Shown one piece after another: positions 1-12,483 of a stretch of DNA of 64,000 nt. Position numbers and translations under genes: made by a program. Source of the DNA: Candidatus Krumholzibacteriia bacterium. GTDB lineage: Bacteria > Krumholzibacteriota > Krumholzibacteriia > LZORAL124-64-63. The notes beneath the pieces were generated by a model. That model searched no databases. It saw only the letters and a program-made list of their open reading frames with translations, and was not told the origin of the DNA. Positions within the stretch are counted from its first letter, which is position 1. Each line of letters begins with the position of its first letter. The stretch spans positions 32,001 through 96,000 of the forward strand of contig JAWOID010000018.1 of assembly GCA_046484865.1 (NCBI GenBank), read 5' to 3'.

Positions 1-602
1 CCCAGGTGCGCGCCGCCGGCGAGGGCGGCCGACAGCAGCGCCGCGGTCTTGCGCCGGTGGATGCGCTTCACGCGGGCGGCGCTGACCGTCTCGTGCTCGG
101 CATCGAGATCGTCCTGCTGGCCCCCCACCATCCCGGCCGGGCCCGCCGCGTCTGCCAGCAGCGCGACGAGATCACCCCCGACCGGACCGAGACGTCCGAG
201 CACCCCGAACGCCAGCGCCTGCAGGCCATCCCCGGCGAGGATGGCGGTGGCCTCGTCGAACGCCACGTGACAGGTGGGCCGCCCGCGGCGCAGGACGTCG
301 TCGTCCATCGCCGGCAGGTCGTCGTGGATGAGGGAGTAGGTGTGGATCAGCTCGAGCGCCGCGCCCGCCCGGGCGGCGGCCTCGCGATCTCCCCGGGGGC
401 GGCGATGCTCCTGCACCACCGCGTCATAGGTCCAGAGCAGCAGCACCGGACGCAGGCGCTTGCCGCCGCCCAGGAGACTGTGAGCCATGGCCTGCCGGAG
501 GCGCCGCGGTACGCCGGCTTGCTCCGCCAGGAGGCGCCGCAGCAGCTGGTCCATGCCCCGCTTCTCGCGGGCGAGGGCAGCCCGGACCTCGTCAGGCCCC
601 AT
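1..602 (-). CDS. ispA: Polyprenyl (farnesyl/geranylgeranyl) diphosphate synthase, 3' part beyond window start
   Basis: Manual translation from ATG at 602 gives GGGKRLRPVL, ELIHTYSLIHDDLPAMDDDVLRRGRPTCH (first DDxxD motif) and EATAILAGDGL. Not in the ORF track because it runs off the window. Confidence 0.92.
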   Translation of the reverse strand, partial: MGPDEVRAALAREKRGMDQLLRRLLAEQAGVPRRLRQAMAHSLLGGGKRLRPVLLLWTYDAVVQEHRRPRGDREAAARAGAALELIHTYSLIHDDLPAMDDDVLRRGRPTCHVAFDEATAILAGDGLQALAFGVLGRLGPVGGDLVALLADAAGPAGMVGGQQDDLDAEHETVSAARVKRIHRRKTAALLSAALAGGAHL

Positions 603-1476
603 CCAGCCCCTCCGTGTCCGCCATCGCCTCGAAGGTGTTCTCCAGCAGCATGGCGATGGTCATCGGGCCGACGCCGCCCGGCACGGGAGTCAGAGCCGCG
701 ACCCGACCCTCCAGGGCCGCCGCGTCCACGTCGCCGACCAGCCGGGTTCCGCGCCGCGCCGCAGGGTCGTCGATGCGGTTGATGCCGACGTCCACGACCA
801 CGGCGCCTTCGCGCACGTGCTCGGCGCCGATCGCGAGCGGCGCGCCCATGGCGGCCACCACGATGTCGGCCCGACTCGTGACCGCCGCCAGGTCACGGGT
901 GCCCGAGTGGCAGAGCGTCACCGTGGCGTTCGCGTCCGGACGCTTCAGCGTCAGCAGCAACGCGAGCGGACGCCCGACGATCACGCTGCGTCCGACCACC
1001 GCCACCTCGCGCCCGGCCACCGGCACATCGTGGTGGCGGAGCAGGCGCACGATGCCCTTGGGGGTGCAGGGGATGAAGCGCGGCCGGCCGGCGGCCAGGC
1101 GGCCGAGGTTCTCCGGGTGGAATCCGTCCACGTCCTTGCGCGGGTCCACCGCGTTCAGGACCAGCTCCTGGTCGATGTGAGCCGGCAGCGGCAGCTGCAC
1201 CAGGATGCCGTCGATGGCATGGTCGGCGACGAGGTCGGCCACCAGGGCGAGCACGTCGTTTTCGGACGTGTCCGCCGGCAACCGGTGGGTGACATGGTGG
1301 AATCCCACCGCCTCGCAACCCTTCTCCTTGTGCCGCACGTAGACGTGCGAGGCGGGATCGTCCCCTACCAGGACCACGGCGAGGCCGGGTGCCCGCGGAG
1401 CGCGGAGCATCCTCTCCCGCAGCTCGGCGAACACGGCGTCGCGGACCTCGTCCCCCCGCAGCAAACGCGTCTCCAA
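592..1476 (-). CDS. folD: Bifunctional methylenetetrahydrofolate dehydrogenase/cyclohydrolase
   Basis: DGILVQLPLP, KDVDGFHPEN, PCTP, GRSVIVGRP and TPVPGGVGPMT motifs; TTG start after GGAGG. Confidence 0.96.
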   Translation of the reverse strand: METRLLRGDEVRDAVFAELRERMLRAPRAPGLAVVLVGDDPASHVYVRHKEKGCEAVGFHHVTHRLPADTSENDVLALVADLVADHAIDGILVQLPLPAHIDQELVLNAVDPRKDVDGFHPENLGRLAAGRPRFIPCTPKGIVRLLRHHDVPVAGREVAVVGRSVIVGRPLALLLTLKRPDANATVTLCHSGTRDLAAVTSRADIVVAAMGAPLAIGAEHVREGAVVVDVGINRIDDPAARRGTRLVGDVDAAALEGRVAALTPVPGGVGPMTIAMLLENTFEAMADTEGLDGA

Positions 1477-1524
1477 ACCGTGCCTCCCTTGGCCGGGCCA
1501 CGCACCGGCGGCCACGCCGCCGCG

Positions 1525-3084
1525 TCAGCGCGCGATGGCGGTGGCGCGCGTCTCGCGGATCACCATGACCTTGATCTGTCCCGGATACTCCAGCTCGCCC
1601 TCCACGCGCCGGCTGATCTCGTCGGCGAGCAGGGCCGCTTCCGCGTCCGACACCTTCTCCGCGTTGACGAGGATGCGGATCTCCCGGCCGGCCTGGATGG
1701 CGTACGACTTGTCGACGCCGTCGAAGCTCTGAGCGATGCGCTCGAGGCTCTCCAGCCGCTTCACGTAGTTCTCCAGACTCTCGCGCCGGGCGCCGGGACG
1801 GCTGGCGCTCGCCGCGTCGGCGGCGGCCGTGATGAACGTGTAGGGGGAGATCGGCTCCACGTCGCCGTGGTGTCCGCCCACGGCGTTGATCACGATGTCG
1901 GACTCGCCCAGCTTCCGGCAGATGCGCGCGCCGACCAGCGCGTGCGGCCCCTCTTGCTCGTGGTCGGCCGCCTTGCCCACGTCGTGCAGGAAACCGCAGC
2001 GCCGGGCCAGCTTGCCGTCCAGACCCAGTTCGTCGGCGATGATACCGCCGAGCGCGGCCACTTCCTTGCTGTGCATCAGCACGTTCTGGCCGTAGCTGGA
2101 ACGGTAGTGGAGGCGCCCGATGTGATCGTGCAGGCCCGGGTTCAGGTGCTGCAGGCCCAGCTCCACGCAGGCCGCCTCGCCCAGTTCCCGGATCCGCTCG
2201 TCCACCTCCTGCCGGGTCTTCTCCACCACTTCCTCGATGCGTCCGGGATGGATGCGGCCGTCCTTGATCAGGCGCCGCAGGGCCATCGTGGCCACCTCGC
2301 GACGGATCGGGTCGAAGCCGGAGATGATCACCGCTTCCGGGGTGTCGTCGATGATCACGTCCATGCCCGTGGCGATCTCGAACGCGCGGATGTTACGCCC
2401 CTCGCGGCCGATGATCCGCCCCTTCATCTCGTCGCCGGGCAGAACCACCACCGCGACCGTCTCCTCCGCCACGTGATCGGCGGCATAGCGCTGGACCGCC
2501 TGGCTGAGGATCTTCTGCGCCGTGCGGCGGGCGCTGCGATCGGTCTCGTCCTGGATCTCCTTGATGCGGACGGCGGCGGAATGGCGCGCCTGATCGACCA
2601 TCGCGTCCATGAGTTGCCGGCGGGCATCGTCGGCGGTGAGGCCGGCGATCTCCTCGAGCCGGCGGCGCTGCTCCTCGGAGGCGCCGCGCAGCCGTTGCTG
2701 CTGCGCGTCCAGTTCCGCGGCCCGGGCCTTGAGCTGCTCGTCCAGGCGGCCCAGCCGGGCCTCCTTCTCGTCCAGCAGGGACGCCTTGCGGTGCAGGCCG
2801 GTCTCGCGTTGCTCGAGGGTGTCCAGCCGGCGCGAATGCTCCCGGCGCAACCCGTCGCCCTCCTCCTCGAGTCGCTGCCGCCGCTGCAGCAGTTCCTCCC
2901 GCGCCTCCAGCTCCGCGTTCTTGCGCAGTTCCGCCGCCTCGCGGCGGCCCTGGGCCAGGATCTCGTCGGCACGCATCCTGGCGCCCGTGCGTGCCCGGCG
3001 CTCCAGCCTGCGCTGGAGGAGAATTCCCAGCACCAACCCGGCGGCCATCGCGATGACGGCCACGAGACCCGGTACCTGCGGCAT
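1525..3084 (-). CDS. rny: Ribonuclease Y
   Basis: N-terminal TM helix, coiled coil, KH domain (KGRIIGREGRNIR), HD domain (LHDVGK), YAIQAGREIR. Confidence 0.96.
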   Translation of the reverse strand: MPQVPGLVAVIAMAAGLVLGILLQRRLERRARTGARMRADEILAQGRREAAELRKNAELEAREELLQRRQRLEEEGDGLRREHSRRLDTLEQRETGLHRKASLLDEKEARLGRLDEQLKARAAELDAQQQRLRGASEEQRRRLEEIAGLTADDARRQLMDAMVDQARHSAAVRIKEIQDETDRSARRTAQKILSQAVQRYAADHVAEETVAVVVLPGDEMKGRIIGREGRNIRAFEIATGMDVIIDDTPEAVIISGFDPIRREVATMALRRLIKDGRIHPGRIEEVVEKTRQEVDERIRELGEAACVELGLQHLNPGLHDHIGRLHYRSSYGQNVLMHSKEVAALGGIIADELGLDGKLARRCGFLHDVGKAADHEQEGPHALVGARICRKLGESDIVINAVGGHHGDVEPISPYTFITAAADAASASRPGARRESLENYVKRLESLERIAQSFDGVDKSYAIQAGREIRILVNAEKVSDAEAALLADEISRRVEGELEYPGQIKVMVIRETRATAIAR

Positions 3085-3150
3085 CCTGGGCTCCTTCCAT
3101 TCCGGTGTATGGACAGCGGAGGGCGCTGAAGCAGGAACGGCGGGGGTATG

Positions 3151-3326
3151 GATTCCCCGCCGGACCGTGTGCGTCGGAAGCAACTGAACCGAGTTGCTTC
3201 AGGTGGGTCCCCTGTTCCTCGCTTCGACCTTCCCTCGCGGGCGTGGCCTCGGCTGGGAAACGTCGAGAACCCAGTGTTGGCGTGTTGGCTCACTTGTTCG
3301 ACACATCACGCGTCAGGCAGGGAATC
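3151..3326 (-). ncRNA. ssrS: 6S RNA
   Basis: About 176 nt, closed by terminal stem GATTCCCTGCC/GGCGGGGAATC; contains GAGCCAACAC and GGGGACCCACCTG segments typical of 6S; conserved position directly downstream of zapA. Confidence 0.85.
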
Positions 3327-3642
3327 ACACCGTCCTCTCCTGGGGGCCGGACGACCCGCCGACTTCCCGATCGAGCAGGCGGGCCATCTCTCCCGTCTTC
3401 TCGTCGAGCATGGCGAGGGCCTCGTGGCGCTTCTGGCGCTCCCGGAACAGCTCGTCGGCGACGTTGATGGCCGCGAGGATGGCGACCTTCGTCGTCGACA
3501 TCGCCGACGAACTGTCCGCCACCTCCTGCATCTTCCGATCCACGAAGCCAGCCACCTTCTCCACGTACTCGGGGTCGGCATCGCCCCGGAGCGTGTACTG
3601 GTGACCGAAGATGGTCACGGTGACGGTCGTGGGTTCGATCAT
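3325..3642 (-). CDS. zapA: Cell division protein ZapA
   Basis: VTVTIFGHQYTL...VAGFVDRKM...AILAAINVADEL plus C-terminal coiled coil. Confidence 0.93.
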   Translation of the reverse strand: MIEPTTVTVTIFGHQYTLRGDADPEYVEKVAGFVDRKMQEVADSSSAMSTTKVAILAAINVADELFRERQKRHEALAMLDEKTGEMARLLDREVGGSSGPQERTV

Positions 3643-3721
3643 CTTGCCTTCACCGCCGCATCCGCTGGCTGCCCGCCGGGGGCATGACCTGCGGCAACCG
3701 GAGGAGTCGGCGGATGTCCGC

Positions 3722-3991
3722 CTAGCCGAGGGCCTCGAGCTTCTCCAGCAGGCCCCCCACCTTCTCCTCGATGATCCTGCTCTTCTCAGCGTACTGCCCG
3801 GCCTGCGCCGCAGCGCTGCGGGCCTCCGCCAGCTCCTCCTGGAGCCGCCGGTTGGCCTGCTCCAGCTCGTCGCAACGGGCCTGGAGCTTCTCCTCGCCCT
3901 GCTTCAGCCGGCTGTTCTCCGCCCGCAGTCCCTTGATCAGGTCGACGGCCTCGACGACCTTCTTTTCCAGGTGAGCGAAACTGGTCTCCAT
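3722..3991 (-). CDS. ZapB-like coiled-coil protein
   Basis: 89 aa heptad-repeat coiled coil (LEKKVVEAVDLIKGLRAEN) between pheT and zapA. Confidence 0.75.
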   Translation of the reverse strand: METSFAHLEKKVVEAVDLIKGLRAENSRLKQGEEKLQARCDELEQANRRLQEELAEARSAAAQAGQYAEKSRIIEEKVGGLLEKLEALG

Positions 3992-4079
3992 TCCCGTCGC
4001 TCCTTCTCGCGCCCCTCTCCGAGCGGGCGCCGGCGGCGCCGCTGCCGCGCAGGTGTCTCGCTGGGACCGGTTCCGCGGG

Positions 4080-6532
<2,453 letters not shown>

Positions 6533-6536
<4 letters not shown>

Positions 6537-7573
6537 GGCATACCTCGGAATTGGTGGAGAAAGCGCAGGTCGTTCTCGTAGAGCAGCCGGATGTCATCGA
6601 TCCCGTACCGCAGCATGGCGATGCGATCGATGCCCATGCCGAAGGCGAAGCCCGTGTACGCGTCGGCGGGGTAGCCGGCGTGGCGGAACACCTCCGGGTG
6701 TACCATGCCGGCGCCCATGATCTCGAGCCAGCCAGTCTGGCCGCACACTCCGCAGCCGGCACCGCGACAGAGGAAGCACTGCATGTCCACCTCCGCCGAC
6801 GGCTCGGTGAAGGGGAAGTAGTGGGGTCTGAACCGCGTGGGGCGCCCCGGCCCGAAGAACGCCGACACGAACGCCTCGACCGCGTCGCGCAGGTCGGCCA
6901 TGGTGACGTTCCGGTCGACGCTCAACCCCTCGATCTGGAAGAACTCCGCCGAGTGAGAGGCGTCGACGGCCTCGTTGCGGTAGACCCGGCCGGGGAAGAC
7001 GTACGACAGCGGCGGCTGGACCCGCTCCATCAGCCGCACCTGCACCGGCGAGGTCTGCGTGCGCAGCAGCAACTGGTCGTCCACGTAGAACGTGTCCTGG
7101 ATGTCGCGCGCCGGGTGGTCGTCGGGGAAGTTCAGCGCGGCGAAGTTGTAATAGTCGAGCTCCACGTCCGGGCCGTCGTCACGGTCGAAGCCCATCCCGT
7201 AGAAGATCTCGCAGATCTCCTCCACCACCGCCACCAGCGGGTGCGCCACGCCGAGGGGCGCCGGCGGTTGCCCCGGCAGCGTGAGATCGAGGGACCGCTG
7301 CGAGGACGGCCCGGTCGCACTCAGGCCCGCCTGACGCTGCTCGAGCCGCTCGGTCAGCGTCCTCTTCGTCTCGTTGAGGGCGGCGCCGAGGGCGGGCCGG
7401 TCGGAATCCGGGACGTCCTTCAGCGCACGCAGCAGTGACGTGATCCGCCCCTTGCGGCCCAGCAGCTCGACCCGCACCTCCTCCAGGGCGCGGACGTCGG
7501 CGGCCGCGTCGATGCGCGCGAAACCCTCCCTCTGCAGTCGCTCGATCGTCTCCCGGGACATGACATCCGTCAT
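6533..7573 (-). CDS. pheS: Phenylalanine--tRNA ligase alpha subunit
   Basis: HPARDIQDTFY, LLRTQTSPVQ, FPFTEPSAE, GFAFGMGIDR; ATG after AGGAG. Confidence 0.97.
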
Positions 7574-7712
7574 CTCGCGTCTCCTGTGGAAGTCGGCGGG
7601 GGTGCGGCGACGAGCGGCCACTGGCACCATCGCCAAAGGCAACGGGCGGCCCCAGTGGCCGCCCGCTCCCGACATGGACGTGGTCCGGCGCCGCGGACGG
7701 CTCGCGCGTCCG

Positions 7713-8066
7713 CTAGAGAGCGTTCTTCGCCACCTCGGCCAGGCGCGCGAACCCCGTGGCATCGTGGACCGCCAGATCGGCCAGCATCTTGCGGTCGATC
7801 TCGATGCGTGCCCTCTTCAGCCCGTTCATCAGGGCGCTGTAGCTGATGCCGTTGAGTCGGGCCGCCGCGTTGATGCGCATGATCCAGAGGCGACGGAAGT
7901 CGCGCTTGCGGTTTTTGCGATCGCGGTAGGCGTAGACGCCGGCGCGCTCGACGGCCTCGCGGCCGATGCGGACCTGGTTCTTGCGGCCGCCGTAGAATCC
8001 CTTGGCGCGCTTGAGAATGCGCTTCCGTCTTTGCTTGGCGGCAGGGTTGTTGGTTGCCCTGGGCAT
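7713..8066 (-). CDS. rplT: 50S ribosomal protein L20
   Basis: [37 protein letters not shown]. Confidence 0.98.
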   Translation of the reverse strand: MPRATNNPAAKQRRKRILKRAKGFYGGRKNQVRIGREAVERAGVYAYRDRKNRKRDFRRLWIMRINAAARLNGISYSALMNGLKRARIEIDRKMLADLAVHDATGFARLAEVAKNAL

Positions 8067-8112
8067 GGTGTCGCCTCCTGGTATCCTGGCTCGTGGTTTC
8101 CCGGCGTGACGC

Positions 8113-8316
8113 TCAGCCGCAGCCCAGCATCCGCTTGGCGTGCCGCTGGTCGCTGGGGGCCACGAGATTCGACTTGCGCAGCCTGCGCTTGCGCTTCGGG
8201 CTCTTGGCCGTGAACAGGTGGCCGTGGTAGGCCCGGTGGCGCTTCACCCGGCCGCTTCCGGTCAACCGGAAGCGCTTCGCGGCGGCGCGGTTGGTCTTCA
8301 TCTTTGCCTTGGCCAT
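8113..8316 (-). CDS. rpmI: 50S ribosomal protein L35
   Basis: [18 protein letters not shown]; infC-rpmI-rplT synteny. Confidence 0.97.
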   Translation of the reverse strand: MAKAKMKTNRAAAKRFRLTGSGRVKRHRAYHGHLFTAKSPKRKRRLRKSNLVAPSDQRHAKRMLGCG

Positions 8317-8349
8317 GCCATTGCCCTTCTGCTGTCGTTACGGCCGGGT

Positions 8350-8880
8350 TCACTTGCCCTGGGCCGTCTTCCTCGGTGCGATGATGAAGGTCACGAAGCG
8401 CCCCTCGCGCATGGGTTGCGACTCGGGGACGCCGAACTCGGCGACCTCGTCCACCAGGTGGTGCAGGAACTCGAGCCCCAGATCGAGGTGCGAGATCTCC
8501 CGGCCACGGAACTGCATGATGACCTTGACCTTGTTGCCCTTCTGCAAGAAGTCGATGATGTGGTTCTTCTTGAAGTTGTAGTCATGGTCATCGGTCTTGG
8601 GCCTGAACTTGATCGTCTTGACCTTCACCGTGTGGGCCGCCTGCTTGGCCTTGCGGGCCTTCTTGCTCTGCTCGTACTTGTAGCGGCCGTAGTCCATGAT
8701 CCGGCAGACCGGGGGCCGGGCGGTCGGGGCCACTTCCACGAGGTCCAGACCTCGCTCCTCGGCCAGCGCGAGCGCCTCGCGCGTTTCCAGGATTCCCAGC
8801 TGCTCGCCGGCCTCGTCGACCACCAGCACGCGCGGAATCCTGATCATGCGGTTCACCCGGGTCGTCCTGTTTTGCTTGAT
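8350..8880 (-). CDS. infC: Translation initiation factor IF-3 (probable ATC start)
   Basis: LDLVEVAP, PPVCRIMDYGRYKYE, KVKVIMQFRGRE; AGGAGGT SD lies 6 nt before an in-frame ATC. Confidence 0.95.
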   Translation of the reverse strand: MKQNRTTRVNRMIRIPRVLVVDEAGEQLGILETREALALAEERGLDLVEVAPTARPPVCRIMDYGRYKYEQSKKARKAKQAAHTVKVKTIKFRPKTDDHDYNFKKNHIIDFLQKGNKVKVIMQFRGREISHLDLGLEFLHHLVDEVAEFGVPESQPMREGRFVTFIIAPRKTAQGK

Positions 8881-8889
8881 AAGGCTACC

Positions 8890-9025
8890 TCCTGACTCGC
8901 TGGGCGTCCGCGGCCCGCCGCATGCGCGCCGACGGCGAGCGGCGGACACACTGGTCCGCCGTTGGCTGCGACCGGCGTCGGGTCGTGGCCCGACGGCGGT
9001 GAGAGGGCGAACCTCTGCTTGTTTG
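8890..9025 (-). promoter_or_regulatory. L20-leader-like cis-regulatory RNA upstream of infC
   Basis: AAGCAGAGGTTCGCCCTCTCACC resembles the conserved 5' part of the L20 leader; followed by GC-rich stems before the infC SD. Confidence 0.5.
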
Positions 9026-9074
9026 CGCGGCCGGCAACCACTCCGGTCTCGCCGCGATTTGCAACCCGGAGAAG

Positions 9075-10994
9075 TTATTCCCTCAGGGCCACGGCGTCAA
9101 GGAGTTCGGTTCCGAACTCGTCCACCGGGCGAACGCCGAGGTCGCCGCGCTTGCGCGCGCGCACCGCCACCGTTCCGCCCTCGAGTTCCTTGCCGCCGAC
9201 CACGAGCATGTACGGCACGCGCAGCAGTTCCGCCTCGCGGATCTTGAAGCCGATCTTCTCGTCCCGCGCGTCCGCCTCCGCGCGCAGCCCCCGGCCCCGC
9301 AGCCGGCCGGCCACCTCCCGGGCGTAGGCGTGCTGGTCCCGGCTCACCGACAGCACCCGGACCTGTTCCGGCGCCAGCCACAGCGGGAAGTCGCCCGCAT
9401 GATGCTCGGTGAGGATGCCGATGAACCGCTCGATCGAACCGAGGATGGCGCGGTGCACCATGTAGACGTGGCGCTCCTGCCCGTCGCGGTCGGTGTAGCC
9501 GACGTCGAACCGCCGGGGCAGGTTGAAGTCGAACTGGATGGTGCTCGCCTGCCACTTCCGGCCGATGGCGTCGATGAGCTTGACGTCGATCTTCGGTCCG
9601 TAGAAGACCGCCTCGCCCTCCTCGCGGGTGTAATCGAGCTGGTGCACCGCCAGGGCGTTGACGAGCGAACGCTCGGCCGCCTCCCACTCCTCGTCGGTGC
9701 CGGCGTATTTCGCCTTGTCCTCCGGGTCGCGCACGGACAGCTCGACGCGGAACTCGCGGAACCCGAACGTGCCCAGAACCTCCTTCACCAGCCGCAGACA
9801 GCCGCTGACCTCGTCCTCGAGCTGCTCGGGCGTGCAGAAGATGTGGGCGTCGTCCTGGGTGAACCCGCGCACGCGCATCAGCCCGTGCAAGGCACCCCGC
9901 AGCTCGGCCCGGTAAACGGTGCCGAGCTCCGCGTAGCGCACCGGCAGGCTGCGCCAGCCGCGGGTCTTGCGCTTGTAGATCAGGATGTGGCCGGGGCAGT
10001 TCATCGGCTTGACGACGTGCGGGCGGTCGTCCTGCTCGAACACGTACATGTTCTCGCGGTAGAACTGCATGTGGCCGGAGGTCTCCCAGAGGCTGGCCTG
10101 GGAGATGTGCGGCGTGGTGACCGTCTCGTAGCCGTCGCGCCGCAGCACGTCGACCAGGTATTCCGTGATCTGGCTGCGCAGGATGTCGCCGCGCGGGAAC
10201 CAGAAGCTCAGCCCCGCGCCCGCCTCCTCCATGATGCCGAAGAGGTCCAGTTCGCGACCGAGCTTGCGATGATCGCGCTTGCGCGCCTCCTCGAGCATCG
10301 CCAGGTGCTCGTCCAGTTCCTTCTTCTTGAACCAGGCGGTGCCGTAGATCCGCTGCAGCATGGTGCGGCTGGCGTCTCCCCGCCAGTAGGCGCCGGCCAC
10401 GGTCAGCAGCTTGAACGCCTTCAGCTCCTTCGAGCTCGGCACGTGGGGCCCCTCGCACAGGTCGCGGAAGCCGCCCATGGTGTACACGCTGAGCCGTTCG
10501 TCACCCAGGGCGTCGATCTGCTCCAGCTTGTAAGGCTGGTCGGCGAAGAGGTGCAAGGCCTCGTCGCGGGTGACCTCGTGGCGTTCGAGGGGTACGTCGC
10601 GCGCGGCCAGCGCCGCCATGCGCTCCTCGATGCGCGCCAGATCCTCGTCCGTGAACGGCTCCGGCCGGTCGAAGTCGTAGTAGAACCCGTCGTCGATGGC
10701 GGGCCCGAAGGCGAACTTCACCCCCGGGTACAGCTCCTGCACCGCCCACGCCAGCAGGTGGGCGGTGGAGTGGCGCAGCGCCTGGTAGCCCTCGGGCTGC
10801 TGACGGGTGATCACCTGGAAGCGTCCGCCGCCGGCCACCGGATCGGTGAGCGGGTGGTGGACTCCGTTCAGCGAGACGGCCAGGGCGTTGCGGGCCAGTC
10901 CGGGGCCGATGCCCTGGACCACGTCCCGGAACGACTGTCCCTCCTCCACGCTGATCGACTGGCCGTCGGGCAGGATGAGATCCACCTTCGCCAT
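9075..10994 (-). CDS. thrS: Threonine--tRNA ligase
   Basis: TGS domain, RHSTAHLLA, AGAYWRGD, KPMNCPGH, RVRGFTQDDAH, FYGPKID. Confidence 0.98.
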   Translation of the reverse strand: MAKVDLILPDGQSISVEEGQSFRDVVQGIGPGLARNALAVSLNGVHHPLTDPVAGGGRFQVITRQQPEGYQALRHSTAHLLAWAVQELYPGVKFAFGPAIDDGFYYDFDRPEPFTDEDLARIEERMAALAARDVPLERHEVTRDEALHLFADQPYKLEQIDALGDERLSVYTMGGFRDLCEGPHVPSSKELKAFKLLTVAGAYWRGDASRTMLQRIYGTAWFKKKELDEHLAMLEEARKRDHRKLGRELDLFGIMEEAGAGLSFWFPRGDILRSQITEYLVDVLRRDGYETVTTPHISQASLWETSGHMQFYRENMYVFEQDDRPHVVKPMNCPGHILIYKRKTRGWRSLPVRYAELGTVYRAELRGALHGLMRVRGFTQDDAHIFCTPEQLEDEVSGCLRLVKEVLGTFGFREFRVELSVRDPEDKAKYAGTDEEWEAAERSLVNALAVHQLDYTREEGEAVFYGPKIDVKLIDAIGRKWQASTIQFDFNLPRRFDVGYTDRDGQERHVYMVHRAILGSIERFIGILTEHHAGDFPLWLAPEQVRVLSVSRDQHAYAREVAGRLRGRGLRAEADARDEKIGFKIREAELLRVPYMLVVGGKELEGGTVAVRARKRGDLGVRPVDEFGTELLDAVALRE

Positions 10995-11128
10995 GGCGGC
11001 AGCTCCTCGTCAGGCGTCCCGCGGCGCCCGGAAGTGATGTCTCGCGCGGTCGGAACGAATCCCCGGCAGCAGGGCCGCCGGTCCGGCCGGGTCGGCCGGG
11101 TTTCGGCCGGGTTGCGGCCGGCGGAGAC

Positions 11129-11159
11129 AAAACAGGGGTCGCTTCCGGCAGCAACCCCT
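11129..11159 (-). terminator. Intrinsic terminator-like hairpin after tRNA-Val
   Basis: AGGGGTTGCT-N6-AGCGACCCCT stem followed by GTTTT. Confidence 0.55.
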
Positions 11160-11215
11160 CGGTCCGTGTCATCCCGTCGCCTCGCCCGCTTTCCGGGCTC
11201 CCCCGGAAAGCTGCC

Positions 11216-11292
11216 TGGTGGGCGATACTGGGCTCGAACCAGTGACCTCTTGCGTGTCGAGCAAGCGCTCTAACCAACTGAGCTAATCGCCC
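11216..11292 (-). tRNA. tRNA-Val(GAC)
   Basis: Cloverleaf GGGCGATTAGCTCAG...CTTGC TC GAC AC GCAAG...GGTTCGAGCC...ATCGCCCACCA, CCA encoded. Confidence 0.97.
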
Positions 11293-11303
11293 ACCGGACC
11301 GCG

Positions 11304-11333
11304 AAATTAAGACGCGTCGGCACCGCTTGTCAA
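11304..11333 (-). promoter_or_regulatory. sigma70 promoter of tRNA-Val
   Basis: TTGACA-N18-TAATTT just upstream of the tRNA. Confidence 0.6.
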
Positions 11334-11415
11334 CGTCGGATCGGCGGCCGCGCCACCCGGAGAGAGGCCCCGCACGCCGGGAAGCGCCGGGGCCTCGGAT
11401 CGAACGGGATCCCCT

Positions 11416-12270
11416 CTACTTCAGGTAATCCACGAGCTTGTCGCCGGCGACCGCCTGCCGGATCTTCGCCAGCGCCTGGTTCCGGATCTGCCGGACGCGC
11501 TCGCGCGAGAGACTGATGTCCTGGCCGATCGCCTCGAGCGAGGCCGTCTCCTCGGTACCCAGCCCGTAGTAGCGGCAGACGATCTCCCGCTCCCGGATGG
11601 TCAGCAACTGGAGCGCCTGCGCCATCTCCCGGCTCAGTTCCTCGTCGACGTAACCCTCCTCCGGAGTGCGGTCCTCGGGGTTGACGAGCGTGTCCGCCAG
11701 TGTCGCGTCGTCGTCGTAGATCGACTGATCGAGGCTCAGCATCGGCCGGCTCGCCGCGCGGATCTGGCCCATCTTGCGCAGGCTGAGGTCCATGGCGTCG
11801 GCGATCTCGTCCTCGCTCACCGGCCGGTGGAAGCGCTGCTCCAGGCCCTGCGCCACGCGCTTGATCTTCTGCGCCTGCTGCGAGCGGTTGATGGGCAGGC
11901 GGACCGTTTTGGTCTGCTCGTCGATGGCCTTCTGGATGGCCTGGCGGATCCACCAGACCGCATACGAGATGAAGCGGAAGTCGCGGCGCTCGTCGAACCG
12001 CTTGGCCGCCGTGATCAGGCCGATGTTGCCCTCGGCGATCAGGTCCATGTAGCTCAGGCCCTGGTTGAGGAACTTCTTGGCGACACTGACCACGAAGCGC
12101 AGGTTGGCGTTGACCAGCTGGTCGAGCGCCACCTTGTCGCCCCCGCGGATCCGTCGCGCCAGCTCGAACTCCTCTTCCTTCGTCAGGAGATCGTATTTAC
12201 CGATCATCTGCAGGTAATGCTGCAAGCTCGAGTCCTCCCGGCGATCGCTACTCAGTTCCACCTCGTACAC
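11416..12270 (-). CDS. RNA polymerase sigma70-family factor (RpoD/RpoS-like, regions 1.2-4, no region 1.1)
   Basis: LQHYLQMIG (1.2), ANLRFVVSVAK, DLIAEGNIGL, FISYAVWWIRQAI, SRERVRQI; GTG start after AAGGAAG. Confidence 0.93.
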   Translation of the reverse strand: MYEVELSSDRREDSSLQHYLQMIGKYDLLTKEEEFELARRIRGGDKVALDQLVNANLRFVVSVAKKFLNQGLSYMDLIAEGNIGLITAAKRFDERRDFRFISYAVWWIRQAIQKAIDEQTKTVRLPINRSQQAQKIKRVAQGLEQRFHRPVSEDEIADAMDLSLRKMGQIRAASRPMLSLDQSIYDDDATLADTLVNPEDRTPEEGYVDEELSREMAQALQLLTIREREIVCRYYGLGTEETASLEAIGQDISLSRERVRQIRNQALAKIRQAVAGDKLVDYLK

Positions 12271-12483
12271 GTGGTCTTCCTTTCTTCCCGGGATCCGTCC
12301 CCGGTCCTGAGCCGGACACATCCTGCGACCCGTGGTTCATCCCACCGTCCCGGCTCCAGGGGGCATGATACGCGCTGCCGCCGTCAGGTTTCCAGGGGGG
12401 GAATCCCTGATTCGGTATCCACGATCCTGGACAGTTCACCCTGTGTCGAGATGACCGGCGGGTGATACTGGATCGCGGAGTCG

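Noticed and set aside
10995..11215. T-box riboswitch upstream of thrS; short ACCCGGCCG tandem repeats
   Set aside because: No T-box consensus (GGTGGNACCGCG) or specifier stem; the repeats are short GC-rich low complexity, not CRISPR
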